A stretch of DNA of 64,000 nt from Gekko japonicus (taxonomy: Eukaryota), in assembly GCF_001447785.1 (NCBI RefSeq), contig NW_015170904.1, forward strand, positions 810,371-874,370, given 5' to 3'. Numbering within the stretch: position 1 is the stretch's first letter; every line of letters starts with the position of its first letter. Both the position numbers and the translations under genes were made by a program. Of the stretch, positions 51,069 through 64,000 are shown in pieces. Below the pieces are notes generated by a model. The model did not search any database, was not told the DNA's origin, and saw only the letters and a program-made list of their open reading frames with translations.

Positions 51069-51616
51069 TAGGGCTGCCATTTCCCTGACAGGGGTGGGGG
51101 TTTGCCCACTTTTGGGCCCCCAAATCCACTGGCCCTGATCCAGCTAGCGGGGAAACCCCACCCCCAAAGCATCCTGTCCGTGGCAATGCACCTGGTACAA
51201 TGACGTCACCTGGAGGTGACATCATCACACAGGTGCCAAGGGGGGGGGGTCAATTGTTTAAGAATTCCCCAGCCTTGGAAACACTGTTGTCACTTTCAAA
51301 TTAGTCATATCAATTTCAAGATGCCACCCCCCCTGCCCTGAGTTCCTTTCTTCCACTGAGTTTGCAAAATCGCACCCCCCTTGCTTGGATTTGTACTCTG
51401 TGCTTTGAGATCAGCCCTTTTAAACTTGCAATGCCAGTGGCACTAGGTTTTACTGGGCATTCTGTGATACAGCGTCCTCCACAATGTGCCCTGTGTGATG
51501 ACATCACTTCTGGGTGATGTAATTGTGCTGGGTGCAAAAAGTGTGCATGCCAAAAACTCCAGGACAAGGACTGGGACCCTCCCCTGCTGGCGGCCAGATA
51601 AAACTTAGCAATCCTA
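51069..51616. mobile_element. hAT MITE with a foreign central segment
   Basis: TIRs TAGGGCTGCCA / TAGCAATCCTA; perfect 8-bp TSD CAAGTAGG (51061-51068, 51617-51624). Confidence 0.82.
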
Positions 51617-53899
51617 CAAGTAGGACAGTTGACAGAAAGGGCTTGGAGCAAGTACACAATGGAAGAACAAGCATGCTGACAAGCAGAGAAACCCGGAACA
51701 AGGCCAGAATCTGCAATAAGGAAGCCGGATTAAGCAGTAGGGATGCTATTGAATTCGGAAGGCTTATTGGTTTGAGGCAAATATCACCATTTTGATTTTC
51801 CTTCTTCAGTGTGCCAAACGAGCTTGTGAACCTGCACACCATTTTCTGCTTCCTCATGCTGAATTTTTCTCATAAAATTATTTCTAGCTGTAGAAGGAAA
51901 AGCCTGTGTTTGGATGGCCAGGAATTTTTGTTACCTTTAATAATTATTTAATAATAAAAGGAATAAAACATAGGGACTTCTTGATAGCATATGAAGGCCC
52001 ATAGACCTATTCTATGTATTTGTANNNNNNNNNNNNNNNNNNNNNNNNNNNNNNNNNNNNNNNNNNNNNNNNNNNNNNNNNNNNNNNNNNNNNNNNNNNN
52101 NNNNNNNNNNNNNNNNNNNNNNNNNNNNNNNNNNNNNNNNNNNNNNNNNNNNNNNNNNNNNNNNNNNNNNNNNNNNNNNNNNNNNNNNNNNNNNNNNNNN
52201 NNNNNNNNNNNNNNNNNNNNNNNNNNNNNNNNNNNNNNNNNNNNNNNNNNNNGGCTTTTAACTTTTCACTGTTTTTGACAGAAACAGCACTCAAACCCCA
52301 CCTATCTTCTATCTTCCAAATAGCTAAAGGCCCTAGTGGACTCCCTGTCCAACAAACACACCTCATAATCCTTCTCCCATGAGATCCAACAACCCCCGAC
52401 TCCATCCGTTAGCCAGCAGTTAAACTACAACAGAGAAGGAAATCATGCTGTGGAATCCCAGCTGACTCATAGCAACCCCATCCATGAAGCATCCCAGGCA
52501 GAGTTGAGCAAAGGTGGTTTGCCGTTGCCTTCCCCTGCTTAGCCACCTCCATATTCCTTGGATGTCTCCCACCCAAGTACTGAACGAAGCCAACCCTGCT
52601 TAGGTCCCAAGCTCTCTGTGGTGTATTCAAGTTAATGAGAAACTGTGTTTGTACTCTAATCATTGAAACACCATGTAGAGCTTCATCCTGGGCAAGGATC
52701 CTAATCTTGCAATCCCTATTGGTAGCCCAGGAAGAGCCGACCAATCACCTACCATCAAGTTCCTGGAGAGGGAACGTCTGTGATTGGACATTATTGTTAC
52801 AATCCTATTGTTACAGTAAGGCGTGGCTACATTAGCCCGGGAGAGTTTAAAAGAAGCACAACTGCAGTGCTAAAGGTGTTCTGGTTGTTCTGTTCTAGTT
52901 GTGTTACGCGTTGCTCAATGAAGCTGAATCACTTGCTGAAATCTGACTCTGACTCTTTGTTAAGTAGTCGACTTAACACTCTCACAGGCTTGAATTAATT
53001 TTGGCTGTTCAGGCTGCTTAAACTGTCAAATTGCTCCTCTTCTTTTATCCCTTTCCTTTCCAGTCCACCACTTGAAGATGCTTGGCTGAGTCTCCAGGAG
53101 GATGGAACTTGAAACCATCTATCACGCAAGTCTTCACCAGAAAAAGCAATTACAGTTCCCAACAAGGCAGTGTGAGAATGCTGGTGCACAAATTTGTCCC
53201 TGGTCACAGCAATTTGGCTGCCTTTCCTTTTAGGAAAGGGATACCTCCAACACAAACTGAAGTTCAGCCTTAAGATTCAGCCCTGAATGTCTCAAGACTG
53301 TTATTAACATCTTTATCACCTTGCAGAATTAGCATACAGAATTCACCCCACAATAAATGATTACAGTTCCTACCTTAGATGGATTTAAAAGGATTAGCCA
53401 GATTAATGGAGAATAACTTTATCAGCATCTCTTCGCCATAGCTCTGTATTCTGAGGTATTATAACCCTGAGCACCTGATGATGGGCCAAGGAGTTTGTTG
53501 GACCATCTCAACTACAATTAAGACTCCTCAGCAGGATGATGGCAGGGCTGGGGAGGGGGCTCTTGCTAAATTAGTGATAGACATAGACATGCTTTTCTCC
53601 AGACATAGACATGCTTTTCTCCATAACAAAGGGACTCAGTGTAGTCAGCAGTCTGTCTCATTCCCTAAGGATGCCTGTGGTGTTCATCAAAGTGGCAAGT
53701 AATAACCTCGTAAGTACTTTCCAGGGGGCATTTCCTTTCTCAACTTCCTTTTTTATCCTTCAAACTCCACAGGCAAAGTAGTGTTTGGACACTGGAAGCC
53801 ATTAAGGACTATCTATTGACTTCAGACATACTCTAGGAGCAATCCTGAGCAGGTCAACTGAGAATAAATCATGTTATGTTACACTGTATTTTAAGTAAA

Positions 53900-54100
53900 G
53901 TTGTGTTGTCTGTCGAGTTGCAAGCAACCCCATAAAAATCCACCTCAGGAGGTTTTCAAGGCAAGAGATGAGCAGAGGTAGTTTGCCATTGCCTTTCTTT
54001 CCATAGCAACCCCAGCCTCCCTTGATGGTCTCCCATCCAAGTACCAACCCTGCTTAGCTTCCAAGCTCTGGTGAGATCAGGCTAGTCTGTGCTATCAGGC
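53900..54100 (-). mobile_element. 5S-derived SINE (another diverged copy at ~52440-52610)
   Basis: ggtctcccatccaagtac...ccctgcttagcttcc is the reverse complement of the 5S internal promoter region. Confidence 0.75.
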
Positions 54101-55098
54101 CTGCTGTATGACATTATATTGCAAATACAGTGAGACTTACTTCCAGGAAAGTGTTCTGAAGATGGCTGCCTACAATACGTAACCCTTCAGTTTATTTTAG
54201 ATCACAGATGCAAGTTAGTAGAGTGATGTTTTCATAGAACATTTCCTCACCCTGTGGAACCATGTGATCTGTCCTACGTTGTCTTGGTGACAGAGACCTG
54301 TCCTAGAATATCTAACTGTATCAAGGCAGGAGTGAGGGGATCTTCCCTGCACAGGCCAAATTACTTCATAGTTTAAACAAATCTCAGCTACTAAGGAAAT
54401 GCTGCATTTATTGCCACAGTCCTCACCACCACTTTACCTCAGGATATGCATACCCTGCTTCCATCTGTGGTAGAGCTCAGCGACGCACATTGACGCACTT
54501 GGCCTCATGCCTTCAAAGGCCAAACTTAAACCACAACGGACTACACTGAGCACAGTCGTCTTCTCCCCTTGTGTGACTCTCCCCTGCTATGAGATGAATT
54601 CTCAGATATCTAACCAAGATTCAATCTTCTTTCTCTTATCAAATTTAATAGAAAATACTGTCGTTACAAAATTACAAATGTGCCTCCTGGTAAATGTCAT
54701 TCTATTTTAAAATGCAAGATCAGTTCTCAAGCTTCTGTTCTAACGGTGTGTCTTTTCAAGCCTACGTGGGGCCTGTTATTTCACTTGATTCTAACAGCCT
54801 TCATTTTGATCCATCGGCCTTCCTGTGAGATGCTCAGATCGTGTCATGGCCATTTTAGTCCATTTTATGAAATGACAAAATTTGGCACAGATTAAAATGT
54901 GGGGCTTTTTAAGCTGATCCAGTTTTGTGACACCTGATGCTGTGCCTCCACTTCTTATTCTTGCAATCTGGACATGGCAGAGAGTGAAAAACGAAAGTGT
55001 TACAAGATACCCAGTCCCTTGAGAACCAGAGAGTGCATGGAATGCAACAAAGTAGTTTTGAAATCAAGCGCAGGTATTAAAAGTATGATAGCATTTGT

Positions 55099-55317
55099 GA
55101 GCCTTGATCTGGATGGGCCAGGCTAGCTTGATCTCGTCAGATCTCAGAAGCTAAGCAGGGTTAGCCCTAGTTAGTATTTGGATGGGAGACCACCAAGGAA
55201 CTCCAGGGTCACTATGCAGAGTCAGGCAATGGCCAGCCACCCCCGAATGCCTCTTGCCTTGAAAACCCTACTGGGTTGCCATAAGTCAGCTGCGACTTGA
55301 TGGCACTTTCCACCACC
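55099..55317 (+). mobile_element. 5S rRNA-derived SINE, full length with a 9-bp TSD
   Basis: gatctcgtcagatctcagaagctaagcagggttagccctagttagtatttggatgggagacc follows 5S boxes A/IE/C; TSD AGCATTTGT (55090-55098, 55318-55326). Confidence 0.88.
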
Positions 55318-56486
55318 AGCATTTGTAAGCTCAAATGATTGTTCAGAAAAAACCCTTTGGCTTGGTTCAAATGTCAAGACAAGATGCGGACTGAATTGGT
55401 TGCTTTAAAGCCAGTGGCAAACTGAGCCGTGCAATAAGTTTGCTGCATACATTTCCTGAAAAACAAAACTGCAATATCGCTCTCCAAAATGGCTGAAACG
55501 TATGGTTATCATGTTTGAGCAGCATGTGATGATAGCACGTATCATAAAGATCTACCATAATTCTGCCACTCCATACCAAACTGTCAATATTTATGGTATG
55601 TGGGGGCAAAACGTCAGCTCCAGAGCTCAAATTTATTTGTAAATTGACCATGTTTGGTAGCAGCACTGTTACCCCTCCGTTCAATAGAACCTGCTCAGAC
55701 CATCAAAGTCTGAGCTTAACTAGTGAATATGCAAAACTTTTATCAGCTCTGGAGCTTCTTGGGTGCCATGATCCTTCCAGCAGGAATATGTGGGGACTGT
55801 GGGTGGACTTGCAGCTTGGCATGGATCATATAAAGGTGCTGACTATATGAACTGGGACCACATTAGGTGTCCAATTTGCTGCAGTTATAACATCCACATA
55901 CGAAGAGAATAGAGTTGCACTCAGGGCATGCACAGGAACGGAGTTCCGGCTGGCTTCAGAGTTGGCCACGCCCACTACAGCCAAACCTCTGTGTGCGTGG
56001 CTATAGAGGGAAGGCCTGGAGAGTGACCCTCTCTGGAAAATCTGAGGCGGCTGGGCCAGGGGCCCCCTGGAAGGATCAGGGAGGCATTTAAATGCCTCCC
56101 CGTGCCTTCCCCAGCCTGTCCAAGGATCGGCTTGTTCGGGCAAGCCAAGGGAAGGTGTGGGGGTGTGGCATAATGTGCTAATATGGGTGTGGCCTATTAT
56201 GCTAATGGGTTCCTGCTGGGCTTTTTCTACAAAAAAACCTCCTGGTTGCACTCATTGCACCCTTTAGATGTCCATCTCCATGTGGAAGCCCTGTGTCATA
56301 CAACAAGCAGATCAATATTCTTAGCCTGTTTCCATGGCCCACTATATGGGATTCCAAAAATGCCTGATCTGGGCCATGCTGAGGCAATCAAATTAATAAC
56401 TAGCGATGTGCCAAACGATGTGAATCACTTGGACCATATTTTCAGAAGAATTATTTCATTAACTGATTTTTAGGCCTGGAAATGTA

Positions 56487-58032
56487 CCGTATTTTTCGCT
56501 CCATAAGACGCACTTTTTCTCCCCCAAAAATGTGGGGGGGAGTGTGTGTGTCTTATGGAGCGAATATGCCTTGCCAGCGGCTCCCGTGGGCTTGGGAGGG
56601 GGGGAGGCTGAACAGGGCTTGGACCGTGCAGCCTCCTCCCCCCTCCCAAGCCCGCGGGAGCCGCTAGCGAGGCTGATCGGGGCTTGCATCTAAGAGACAC
56701 AAGCCCCGTTCAGCCTCCTCCCCCCCTCCCAAGCCCAGGGGAGCCCAAATGGGGCTTGCATCTAAGAGACACAAGCCCCGTTCAGCCTCCTCCCACCCCT
56801 CCCAAGCCCAGGGGAGCCCATGGGGAGGCTGAACGGGGCTTGCATCTTCATTGACCATCAGTTAGCCTCCAACAGATGGGCAGATAGTTTAAAAGTACAT
56901 AAGCATCCTCTAAAATCAGTGAACATTCTAATACAACATTTATATAAATAATAACTTCTCAGAAAACCAAATGACTGGGCATGTCCAAAGCCTGTGTTTA
57001 AGGGATGCATCCTGTGAGTTACAATGCCAATATTTAGACACTTTATTCAGTACTTTGCTAAAGAGTTGCTGTGGTGTCCAGTATATTCTTAACATAATTT
57101 TTTGTTGAATAATTTGCAACTTAAGATCCATGGGGAGAGCAGGTATAATAAGGTCATATCCCATTGCTTTGGCAAAATTGAGTGGTCTCATTCCTTATCC
57201 TTGATTCTCTGCATATCATATTTATTAATCAACATCAAATATTTATAGACAAATATTGTAGGTTTCATTTTCTGCATCAATTCAATTCCATCCAGAAGCA
57301 AAGAGGACTCTGAGGCTCTTAATGCCACAAGGCCATATTTAGATACCAACGGATGTTGCAGTAATAAATATCGACATTCAACAGAAGTTGACAAGTCATA
57401 TCTAGACCTCAACTAGACATCTCAGATACCCCAGCTGAGAAAATGGTGAAAAACTCATCATAGTCTTATCAGCTGGTCCAGTCTAAAAAAATCTCTCTTT
57501 TGGTCCAAGCCTTTCATATAAAAGGGGGAGCTTTCATAAAAAAGAGAGCTTTGCATAAAGTGGAAGAAAAATATATCTAATTTCTATTGTATGCTGTTAA
57601 CCCAAAACTGACCAGTGTTTGATCCTGACTGAAAGGTGATAGTGTATAATTTATGGTACTGTCATTTTTGCTACTCCAGGATTTGCCTGGGATCAGACAT
57701 ACATGTGAAATTTTATTTATTTTTCAAAATTTATACCTCACCTTTCTGTTCTCATAAGGTCTACTAAGGCAGCTAAGAAATTAAAACGTACATATTAAAA
57801 TCATACAAACCATTAAAACTAACAAAAATGACACACTTCTGGTGTGTCTTTGGGAGGCTGCTGTAAAGCATCGTGGCCAGCGGGGCCCTTCTCGCTTTGC
57901 CGCCTGGGAGATCCGGCTCGAGGCTTCTCTCCCCACTGAACAGCAGCAGAAGAGGCACTTTTTCCTGTTTTCCTCCTCTAAAAACTAGGTGCGTCTTATG
58001 GTCAGGTGCGTCTTATGGAGCGAAAAATACGG
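56487..58032. mobile_element. Tc1/mariner (pogo/Tc2-like) element ends enclosing ~1 kb of unrelated DNA
   Basis: Perfect TIR CCGTATTTTTCGCTCCATAAGACGCAC at both ends, with TA flanks; GC-rich internal repeats at 56570-56847. Confidence 0.8.
56848..57420 (-). pseudogene. Decayed L1/Tx1-clade ORF2 C-terminal (zinc-knuckle) fragment
   Basis: LQIIQQKIMLRIYWTPQQLF...WHCNSQDASLKHRLWTCPVI, then after a frameshift EVIIYINVVLECSLILEDAYVLLNYLPICWRLTDGQ. Confidence 0.75.
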
Positions 58033-58204
58033 TAACCTAAAGGAACACATTCTATGTGAATATAGTGATTTATATTCTGTGCAAGAAATAAAAATGGAAC
58101 AGGTTAAAATGAGAGGAACTGACCACACCGAGAAGAAGATGGAGGAATTTTTAGGAAGTCTTTCTATGATTCTATACACTTGTCAAAGATGCCCTAGGCT
58201 GATC

Positions 58205-58273
58205 CGGCATTGAGCAAGGGGTTGGACTAGATGGCCTGTATGGCTCCTTCCAACTCTGTGACTCTGTGATTCT
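58205..58273 (+). mobile_element. CR1 extreme 3' tail
   Basis: ggggttggactagatggcc...ccttccaactctgtgactctgtgattct octamer-repeat tail. Confidence 0.8.
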
Positions 58274-61200
58274 TTAGCTCAGTTTGGAGAACTATATTAG
58301 GTAACCCCATCCCTTTCCATCAGATTGCAATAATTGCTAATTTAATACAGTTCTGGCAGTATTAAATGTGATTTTTTTAAAATGAAAAAGCTATTCAGGA
58401 AAAGCATCTCTGCTACATTGGCTGCTGCCTGCTTCTACCTCTTCATTGTGAAAATTTCCTTTCCCCTCTGACATCCTTTCTTGGAAAAAATAATTTTGTT
58501 TTAAGACAGCAAAATCCCCACCTTCAGTTTTCCCAGTTTCCTAATTTTGATTCAGCACCATATCTTTGTTTAAAGGTTTATGTAGATAAACCTCAATTTT
58601 GCCAATCTCTATTATACATAAGTAGGAGGATCAACTTCTAATTTCTAATGTTAAATCCCATGAAAGATAACTATAATATCATTTGCTTATGGAGGCCATT
58701 GGACTGCTGTAAAAAGTATGGCAAACACAGAAAAATTTAAAACGAAGTTAACCCACCAAACAAAGTGAGCTATATATATTTTTTTACAAAATAGCATTGA
58801 AGATTGCTGTATATATCTAAGCATATTTTCTCAAGTTGATTAAGGACATACACAGAAGTGACAGAAGGATATGATGAACTTTATAGGAATGAGAGATGAG
58901 TCATTTTCTCCCTGAAAATGAATCTACAATGTCATTTTCCTCCCCAAAGTGCTCAGATAAGATGGCCATGGGAGGCCCATATAACATAAGTACCCTAGAG
59001 ACGATGAGGAAAATGTCATTGGCAGTTGTGTTTTTTAGTACAGCTGTATCAATTAAACATCTATAATGTGCCCATCATTGTAATATATTGTACAAAAGCT
59101 GTCACTGGACATGGATAATAATGATCTGGGGACAGGGAGTTCTCTGTGATTCTGCTGTCAGGGAGAGACCACTGTTTGGTCAAGGTTATGTATAAGGTAG
59201 CACAGAACCCGCACACCAATGGGAGGTCACCAGAATGACCAGCCCCCAGAAGAAGATGGATTGACATGGTTTCCTGACACATTTGGGGGATTTTCTATCT
59301 GGTATAATGGGCTAGCATGCCACAGATTTAGCCAGCCTCTGGAATCTGGATGCCTTGCTAGTAATGGACACACTTTCACTTAAATGCTCATTCATACATG
59401 CTCAGGATAATGCATTGTCTTTGTTATCAGCATAACTAGGGACTATAAACCATTGAGATGAAAGCGAGAGCATCAGTGGACGAAGATTTGAACAGAATCT
59501 AACCAAGCACAAGCAAATCCCCACTTTGTAGTGGTGATGATGGCGAAGAAAGCTTCGTTCTCCACTACTGTTATGTTCACACAGCATTGGTCAGTGACAT
59601 TATTCAAAAGTACAACAGACATTTTGGAAACTTGCTGTGATCAGCTAGGTTCAAGCCCAGTATCATCTTGCTGTGATCAATTTGCTGAGCAGTTTGACAA
59701 AGGAAAAAATTGCTCACATCTGACCCAACCTGGATGTTGTATTATCCATAGAAGTTTTCAGTGGCCCTGAGACTTTGGTCAGTCAGGTTTCTATGGATTT
59801 TTTCCCCAGTTGGTACAACCAGAACATGTGGACAGAGCACTTTGAGTGTTAAGGCCTTATTGGACCTCTGTCTGTGGCTAGTCGAATCTGCAAAAAGAGG
59901 GCTGTCCTCATGCATAACATCATCAATGTGTATTTGACCAAAGGGTCACTGGTGGACCTGGTCAGTCACATAGACCTTAATAACATTCAGGTTAGAGTAA
60001 TGCATGGGGCAGCCTTTTAAGACTGGAAGCTTCAGCTGACTCAAACCATGGCATCCAAGGTATTCATAGGCACTGGTTGTAGCAAGCACATTACTCCTAT
60101 TGTTCCAGTTACATTGGCCTCAGGTGTATAAAAATGCAAAGTGCAGGTGTCAAGACCCTTGATGGCTTGGGTCCAAGGTATCTGGTGGGTTGCCTCTGCC
60201 TGTACATACCAGCTTTTGCTCTGATCTCAGCCAAGGGAGTCTGATTGCTGGAAGCCCTGTTGGAGAAATGTGATGCGGGAAACCACATGAAGGCTTTCTT
60301 GGCAGTTGCCCCTACTCTTTAGAATTCATCCCCTTCCCCCTGCACTGCAGATGGTTCCTTCTTTAGAGGCCTTCTGGCATCAGCTGGAAACTTTTTTATA
60401 TACTAAAAGGACTTTTTTTAGTTAAACCTTTCTGCAGTGTTTGTACATTTTTAATGGTGACCATCTACTTTTGACCGTTTTGTATGAATTTTAGTATTGT
60501 CAACTACCTTGAATATTTCTATATAAAAAGATGGGGTGGAAATATTATAATAAATAAGCACAAAGCTCTCCAAAGTACAGGCTGATCAGTATCTTACTGC
60601 TTCTGTTATAGCACATAGTAACATAGTAACTCAAAATCTACCAGAAATTACCCCAAACAGAGCTCAAAAGCCATATCTTAAACAGAAAGGAGGGAGCATT
60701 TTTCAGATAGTATCAGAAGGTATATTTAAAATCCTCTTTCAACCAGCAAAAATAAGTTGTTCTACCTTGGACAAAAAGCAGAAAATAATATATTTGTTTA
60801 TTTTGATTTTGTTTAAAATATTTATACACAGCTTTTCTGACATGCACTCAACCATTTCCAGATATACAGAAATAGATTCAAACAATTGGCACAACCACAG
60901 GTGAACTTCCAAAAGCCTTTTAAAACAACTAAACCCTGAAGATCTCCAGACCGGACACTCCTTGCTCTTCTCTCTGCAGCCCATTCCAAAGGGGTGGGGC
61001 TGCCCCAGAAATACCCTAAGCACAGGCTAAAACTTTCCTTACATGCCTTGGTGTTGGGACTGTAAGCAGCCCCTGTTGTGATGGACATAGTGCTCTTTGG
61101 GGGGGGGACATACTGGGAGAGGTGGTCCAGCAAGTCCATACTGAACTCAGGAACAGTCGGCAGCCAATATAGAGGTTTCAAGATCTCAGTATATGTAACT

Positions 61201-61427
61201 CTCCAAGAATTCAGGTAGCTTTAGCTTGAGAAGTTGGAGACCTCCTGCATCTTGGAGAAGACAGTACAGGGCTAATTAGGACAACGGTCTGGGCTCAGCA
61301 GAAGATAGCTTTTTATATTAAACCGACAAGCTATTCACCACTGGTCTTCGATTACAAGGAGGGCAGCACCAATCAAGTGATATTTATTCTGGATGGATCC
61401 AAAATAACACCCTTCATTTACCATCTG

Positions 61428-61588
61428 CAGCGTTCCGTGCGCCTTGGTGTTTAGTCATGCCGGCCACATGACCACGGAAACGTCTTCAGACAGCACTGGC
61501 TCTTCGGCTTTGAAACGGAGATGAGCACCGCAACGGTAGAGTCGGATTCGGCTGGCTTTCAAGCAAGGGAACCTTTACCTTTACCTTT
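61428..61588 (+). mobile_element. Sauria SINE, 5'-truncated
   Basis: Near-identical to the reverse complement of 25757-25920; (ACCTTT)3 tail. Confidence 0.88.
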
Positions 61589-63797
61589 AATGAAGGCAGT
61601 GGGACTCTTTCAGAGACAAAGTGATGGCTTGGCTTCCTTTTTTGAGAATGTATGTCGAGAAATACCCTTCCCCTATTCTACACAGTTTGTTGACTCCTCT
61701 CTGCTTTTAAATTCTTGTTGCCTCAGGCTGTTAGATCAATCTATTTTTTTTCCCTGTGACTAGTTTACATCGCAGGTATAAAGAACAAAGACACTACTGG
61801 TGTGATCTGAGTTTAAAGCAGTAAGGCATGGATGTCACACTTGTAGTCACACGGTAGTTAACATTCAGCTGTTCTTCGAAATAAAGGGGATTTTAATGTG
61901 TTTTAACATCACAGAGCTTTCCCACCCATTGCCTTTCTTGCTTTTTTTAAAAAAAGACAATTGAAACATGCAAATATTGGTAGTTCTTACTGCTGAAATG
62001 CATTGCGTACGCACATGGCATATATAGCCATCCACTGTATTTGGGGGGACATATGCTCCATTTTGTAAACAAAGCCTCTTTCCTTTGGTATCGATCAAGC
62101 TGCAGGTTCAAAGAGTGGCTGGCAGTTCCCAGTTCCCTTGGCTTCCCCCATCAAGCCTTATAAGTGAACAGTCTAATTATAATCATCCCTTGTAATTACC
62201 TTTATATTAATAGCATGGTTCTTCTATGTGAGTTTTATCTCTCCACTATAAACGGAGTGGCTACTTCAGATTATGCCACTTGCATTCATTCTGCTTCACG
62301 GAAGGGGGTGGAGAGGGGGAAGGGATGTTATCCAAGGGTAATTTGAGATTAGAACACAAAGAGAATTTCAGAGAGAAGTCTGTCCACGGCTGTTAGCCAT
62401 GACAGCTAAACAGAATGTCCGTGCGCTGAGGCAATGTACCTTAGAATACCAGTTGCTGCTGGGGGCAAAGAGTAGGAGAGGTCTGCCCCATTCATGCCCT
62501 GCTCATGGGATTCCCAGAAGCCAGCCACCACTGGGCACAAGAAATACCTGACTAAACAAGCTTTTGGTCTCGATCAGTGGGGCTCTTCTTATGCTCTGTG
62601 TTCTTAAAATTAAAGGGCAGAATACGATCAAAATTTCTCTTTCAGCATTCTTTAACAGCAGTATCCCTAAAAGCTTTATTCTGTCCGTTACCTTTGTCTG
62701 TCTGTTTATACTAGCTTCCCTTATGGGTCTTCTCTTTCTGTCGTGGGGGTCATATCTTTGCAGCTTTCACCAAGGGGGGAAAAAAGTTGACCCTTCTATC
62801 AGTTTAGTTCATGTCCCTTTCTGTATACTTGCCCTTATTCTTGAGCTTGACACAAGTCTTCTGATGTCTTTTCTATTCCCTTTAGGTAAATACTGTATAA
62901 TATGATGAGGTCCAACCTTCACCTTCCCTTTTTAACACACAGAACTGACCAAGGTGTTTTTTTTTTTATTTACTGTTTTGTTGAAGCGTCTCTGATCCAT
63001 GGAGGCAGAGTTCTGCTTAGACCCCCCCCCCTCTGTGCCTGTTGGTCTTTTAAAGTAATAGATGCCCTTTAAAAATTCTTCTGTGTTTCCCTTAAACATG
63101 AGCGCTCATTGTTTGTCTCATTACTTGCAGGCTTTCTCCACATTTTTCAGTGGTGATAAACCAAGCATTTCAGTACCACAGCATTTAAAAAGTATGAAGA
63201 ACTGTTTTACAACAGAGGCCTACTGTTGCCACTTCCCCTGAATCACAAACACAATCCTGAGAATTGCTTCAACTGACACTATAATGAACCTAAAAGGATG
63301 CAGGGAAGCAGAATATTTGACTTCTGTGCTTCCATTCATGTCTCACTCAGCTCTGGTTCTCAAGGGTAAGCTCGGCAACAGACGCTTTTTGATAAGCAAG
63401 TAAATAAATAAAGTATAACTTTGGGTTTTGCTGTTTCTTTCCAGCATAGATTCTTTTCTTCTTCATAGGACTAGATGGCACCAAAATATTGGCCTTGCGG
63501 TATACCCCTTTTGGGTACTTTATTTCCATCTACATGCCAATTTACTGTTTAAAAACTAGATCTCTCCAAGTTAGGAAAAACCTTTAGGTAACAACTATGT
63601 ACCACCTGGCTTTGACGACTTTACTGTCTCACAGAGTTTTATTTACAGTGGAAGGGAAACATAAACTGGCATACGTGACTGGCCATATCAGATCCAACCA
63701 GTCCACCGTTCAGACCGTAGATAAGGCCAGGTTCAGTGGAGAAAAGGTACAGTAGTAATGTTTGGAACGCAGTTAACATCCATCATTTCCAGTTTCA

Positions 63798-63926
63798 AAA
63801 AGACAAATCAGTGGCTTCTAGATCAAATCAAGCTTGAACTCTCTCTAGAAGCTAAAATCACTAAACTGAGGCTATCATATTTTGGTCACATGATGAGAAG
63901 ACAAGAGTCACCAAAAAAGACAATAA
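63798..63926 (+). mobile_element. RTE/Bov-B LINE ORF fragment
   Basis: KTNQWLLDQIKLELSLEAKITKLRLSYFGHMMRRQES, characteristic of the RTE-BovB ORF C-terminus. Confidence 0.85.
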
Positions 63927-63943
63927 GCAACTTCATGACACTT

Positions 63944-63944
<1 letters not shown>

Positions 63945-64000
<56 letters not shown>
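63945..64000. repeat. (CA)n microsatellite
   Basis: Directly visible; runs off the window end. Confidence 0.98.

Noticed and set aside
55120-55210. 5S rRNA gene
   Set aside because: The 5S-like region is diverged and fused to a repeated non-5S body with a TSD, so it is a SINE head.

Overview
Vertebrate genomic DNA, almost certainly from a squamate reptile and probably a gecko, judged from the repeat content (Sauria SINE, Squam3-like SINE, 5S-derived SINEs, Bov-B, CR1, Penelope). The only host gene I can support is the 3' end of FOXP1 on the + strand: the penultimate coding exon (6174-6340), an ~8.4 kb last intron, the terminal coding exon (14729-14873) and an ~5.9 kb 3' UTR ending near tandem AATAAA signals at ~20.7 kb. 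The remaining ~43 kb has no recognisable gene; repeat-free AT-rich blocks (candidate conserved enhancers) alternate with many transposable elements. There are five N gaps. I found no convincing new protein-coding system. The most interesting signals are structural: (1) a transposon-derived fold-back with two alternative pairing arms inside the FOXP1 3' UTR; (2) Penelope-type minimal hammerhead ribozyme relics, one clear and one tentative in a FOXP1 intron; (3) a young CpG-rich palindromic hAT MITE carrying two RFX X-boxes; (4) two DNA transposons that appear to enclose foreign sequence; (5) a candidate Helitron; (6) an old local duplication that preserves the pre-insertion state of two TE insertions. 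Family names come from recalled consensus sequences, not database searches, and some TE boundaries are approximate.
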